Shown: in pieces, positions 62,575 through 64,000 of the stretch
Numbering within the stretch: the stretch's first letter is position 1
How the letters are laid out: each line of letters opens with the position of its first letter
NCBI GenBank assembly: GCA_002269645.1
Contig: NIVC01000744.1
Location: 213,251 to 277,250, forward strand
Reading direction: 5' to 3'
Source of the DNA: Macrostomum lignano
Lineage: Eukaryota
Length of the DNA: 64,000 nt
Notes under the pieces: generated by a model
Told to the model about the DNA's origin: nothing
The model's input: the letters and a program-made list of their open reading frames with translations, nothing else
Database searches by the model: none
Position numbers and translations under genes: made by a program

Positions 62575-63275
62575 GCTTATCCCCACGGTCCTATGCCAAA
62601 AATACCAATTTTATCCACAGATCCATGTCGATAATTTTTAGCTTATCCCCTGCATGGCAGCTTATTGAAACAGCTGCCACCATTCAAGTCTATAGGCTAT
62701 ATCAATAATTCCAATTTTATCCACGTGGATCCATGTTGATAATTTAACTTCTACAGCTTATTCTCACTGCAGCTTATTGAAATAGCTGCCACTATTCAAG
62801 TCTATAGGCCATGTCAATAATTCTAATTTTATCCACACAGATGTGTCAAGAATTTTCAGCTTTTCCCCACAGCTAAGATTGTGCAGTTGTTTAGTTTTGT
62901 GTACTGACATTAAATTATAATTATCATTATTACAAGTATTACATTTTGAAATTTGAATTTTGCAAGTCTCATTTGCCTCAATCTTAAGGTTGTTTAGTCA
63001 TTCTAAGCAAAGCTGGCAGCTAAGCAAATATTTAAAATTAACCCTTTTAATGACAAAAAAGTTTTAACAAAGTACTCAATACTATTCAGTATTCAGTAGG
63101 CTAGTTTATTTGGAAGATTTGTAGAAAAGTGAAAACAAACAAATGAACAGATTTTTATACAGATTCATTTTAAGGTTCTCTATCCCAATGAGCTGCCATA
63201 GAGATAAGCTGGAAATTATTGACACGGATTGTGTGGATAAAATTGGAATTATTGACATGGGACTGTGGGGATAAG
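62575..63275. repeat. Degenerate inverted repeats (about 75 bp) with an internal ~110-bp tandem triplication; possible old MITE
   Basis: 62575-62650 is an imperfect reverse complement of 63201-63275. CCAATTTTATCCAC-type blocks recur near 62605, 62711 and 62823. Confidence 0.45.
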
Positions 63276-64000
63276 TATTTCTAATTATAAATGAAGAAAA
63301 AAGTAGATTTGGTAAATGAAGTTGCTAACTCAGAGATTCTAATATACACAATATTTGGTCAACAGGATATCTTAGCTTATATATATGCATCTGCCACAAC
63401 TGGAAATAAAAATAAAAATACATGTAGACTAAAATATGCTTAGGCCTAGTTTTCATTATCAATCCAAATCTCAAAGTTTGTGAGAATGTATCTTAATTAC
63501 TTTTTTTGTTGTTCTTTCTTTAAAGTTTGTTTGCAAAATCTTTTTTGAGTATATCAATCAATATATATTGTATTTCACTAATTTTAACCTAAATGGCTTT
63601 TACCAAAATGGCTATTACTGAATTGGACATCATTTGTTACCAAAGTGGCTGTTACTGAATTGGACTATTACCTTTTTTAGTTTAGCCTATTTTAATATAA
63701 TGTAATTTTCCAAGTTAATACCAAATATTATAATTTAGCTGCTATGTAAATAAGCAAAGCATTTTTGACATGGTACCACATGGATAATATTGTTTATTAG
63801 TATGGCATATGCTAAGAATAGGCCTATGATATATTTATAATTTAGCTATTATTCAAATCAAACATATGTAACCCCCTGATTTATACTAGCCATGCAACTT
63901 ACTTTTTAAAAAAAATGCAACTTATGAAAAAAAACCCTAAAGCAACCCTAAAGCTAAAGCAAATTTTGGATAAATAGCAGGAAATAACTATGATTATCTT

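Noticed and set aside
62611-63240. Three perfect DnaA boxes (TTATCCACA at 62611 and 62829, reverse at 63232)
   Set aside because: They are part of one degenerate repeat/inverted-repeat unit in eukaryotic AT-rich DNA, with no bacterial oriC context.

Overview
Eukaryotic, intron-containing animal DNA. The combination of GC-rich exons and introns or intergenic gaps each filled by a different 10-42 bp minisatellite suggests a free-living flatworm such as Macrostomum (inference only). Host genes: a 5-exon RCC1 (minus, 1910-5898); a 4-exon type I diacylglycerol kinase (plus, 18584-28015) with a 1-nt frameshift in a C-run; a single-exon orphan 7TM/GPCR-like gene (minus, 54121-55203); and a small 2-exon secreted cystine-knot (knottin/ICK) peptide gene that the ORF track misses (plus, from 47590). 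A 1.1-kb foldback MITE has inserted into that gene's TAA stop codon. Mobile DNA: a decayed THAP/P-element-type transposon (about 8.2-13.8 kb) interrupted by a young Chapaev-type (RAG1/Transib-related) transposon with 132-bp TIRs, CACGGTG ends, a TCCT target duplication and one nonsense codon; and a frameshifted RTE-clade LINE (57.5-60.6 kb) whose 5' end folds as an HDV-like ribozyme missing its P1 5' strand. More than 25 tandem arrays cover much of the rest, including a 3-kb (CTAA)n tract and two satellite families in interleaved inverted orientation. There are no CRISPR arrays, and no rRNA or tRNA genes were recognised.
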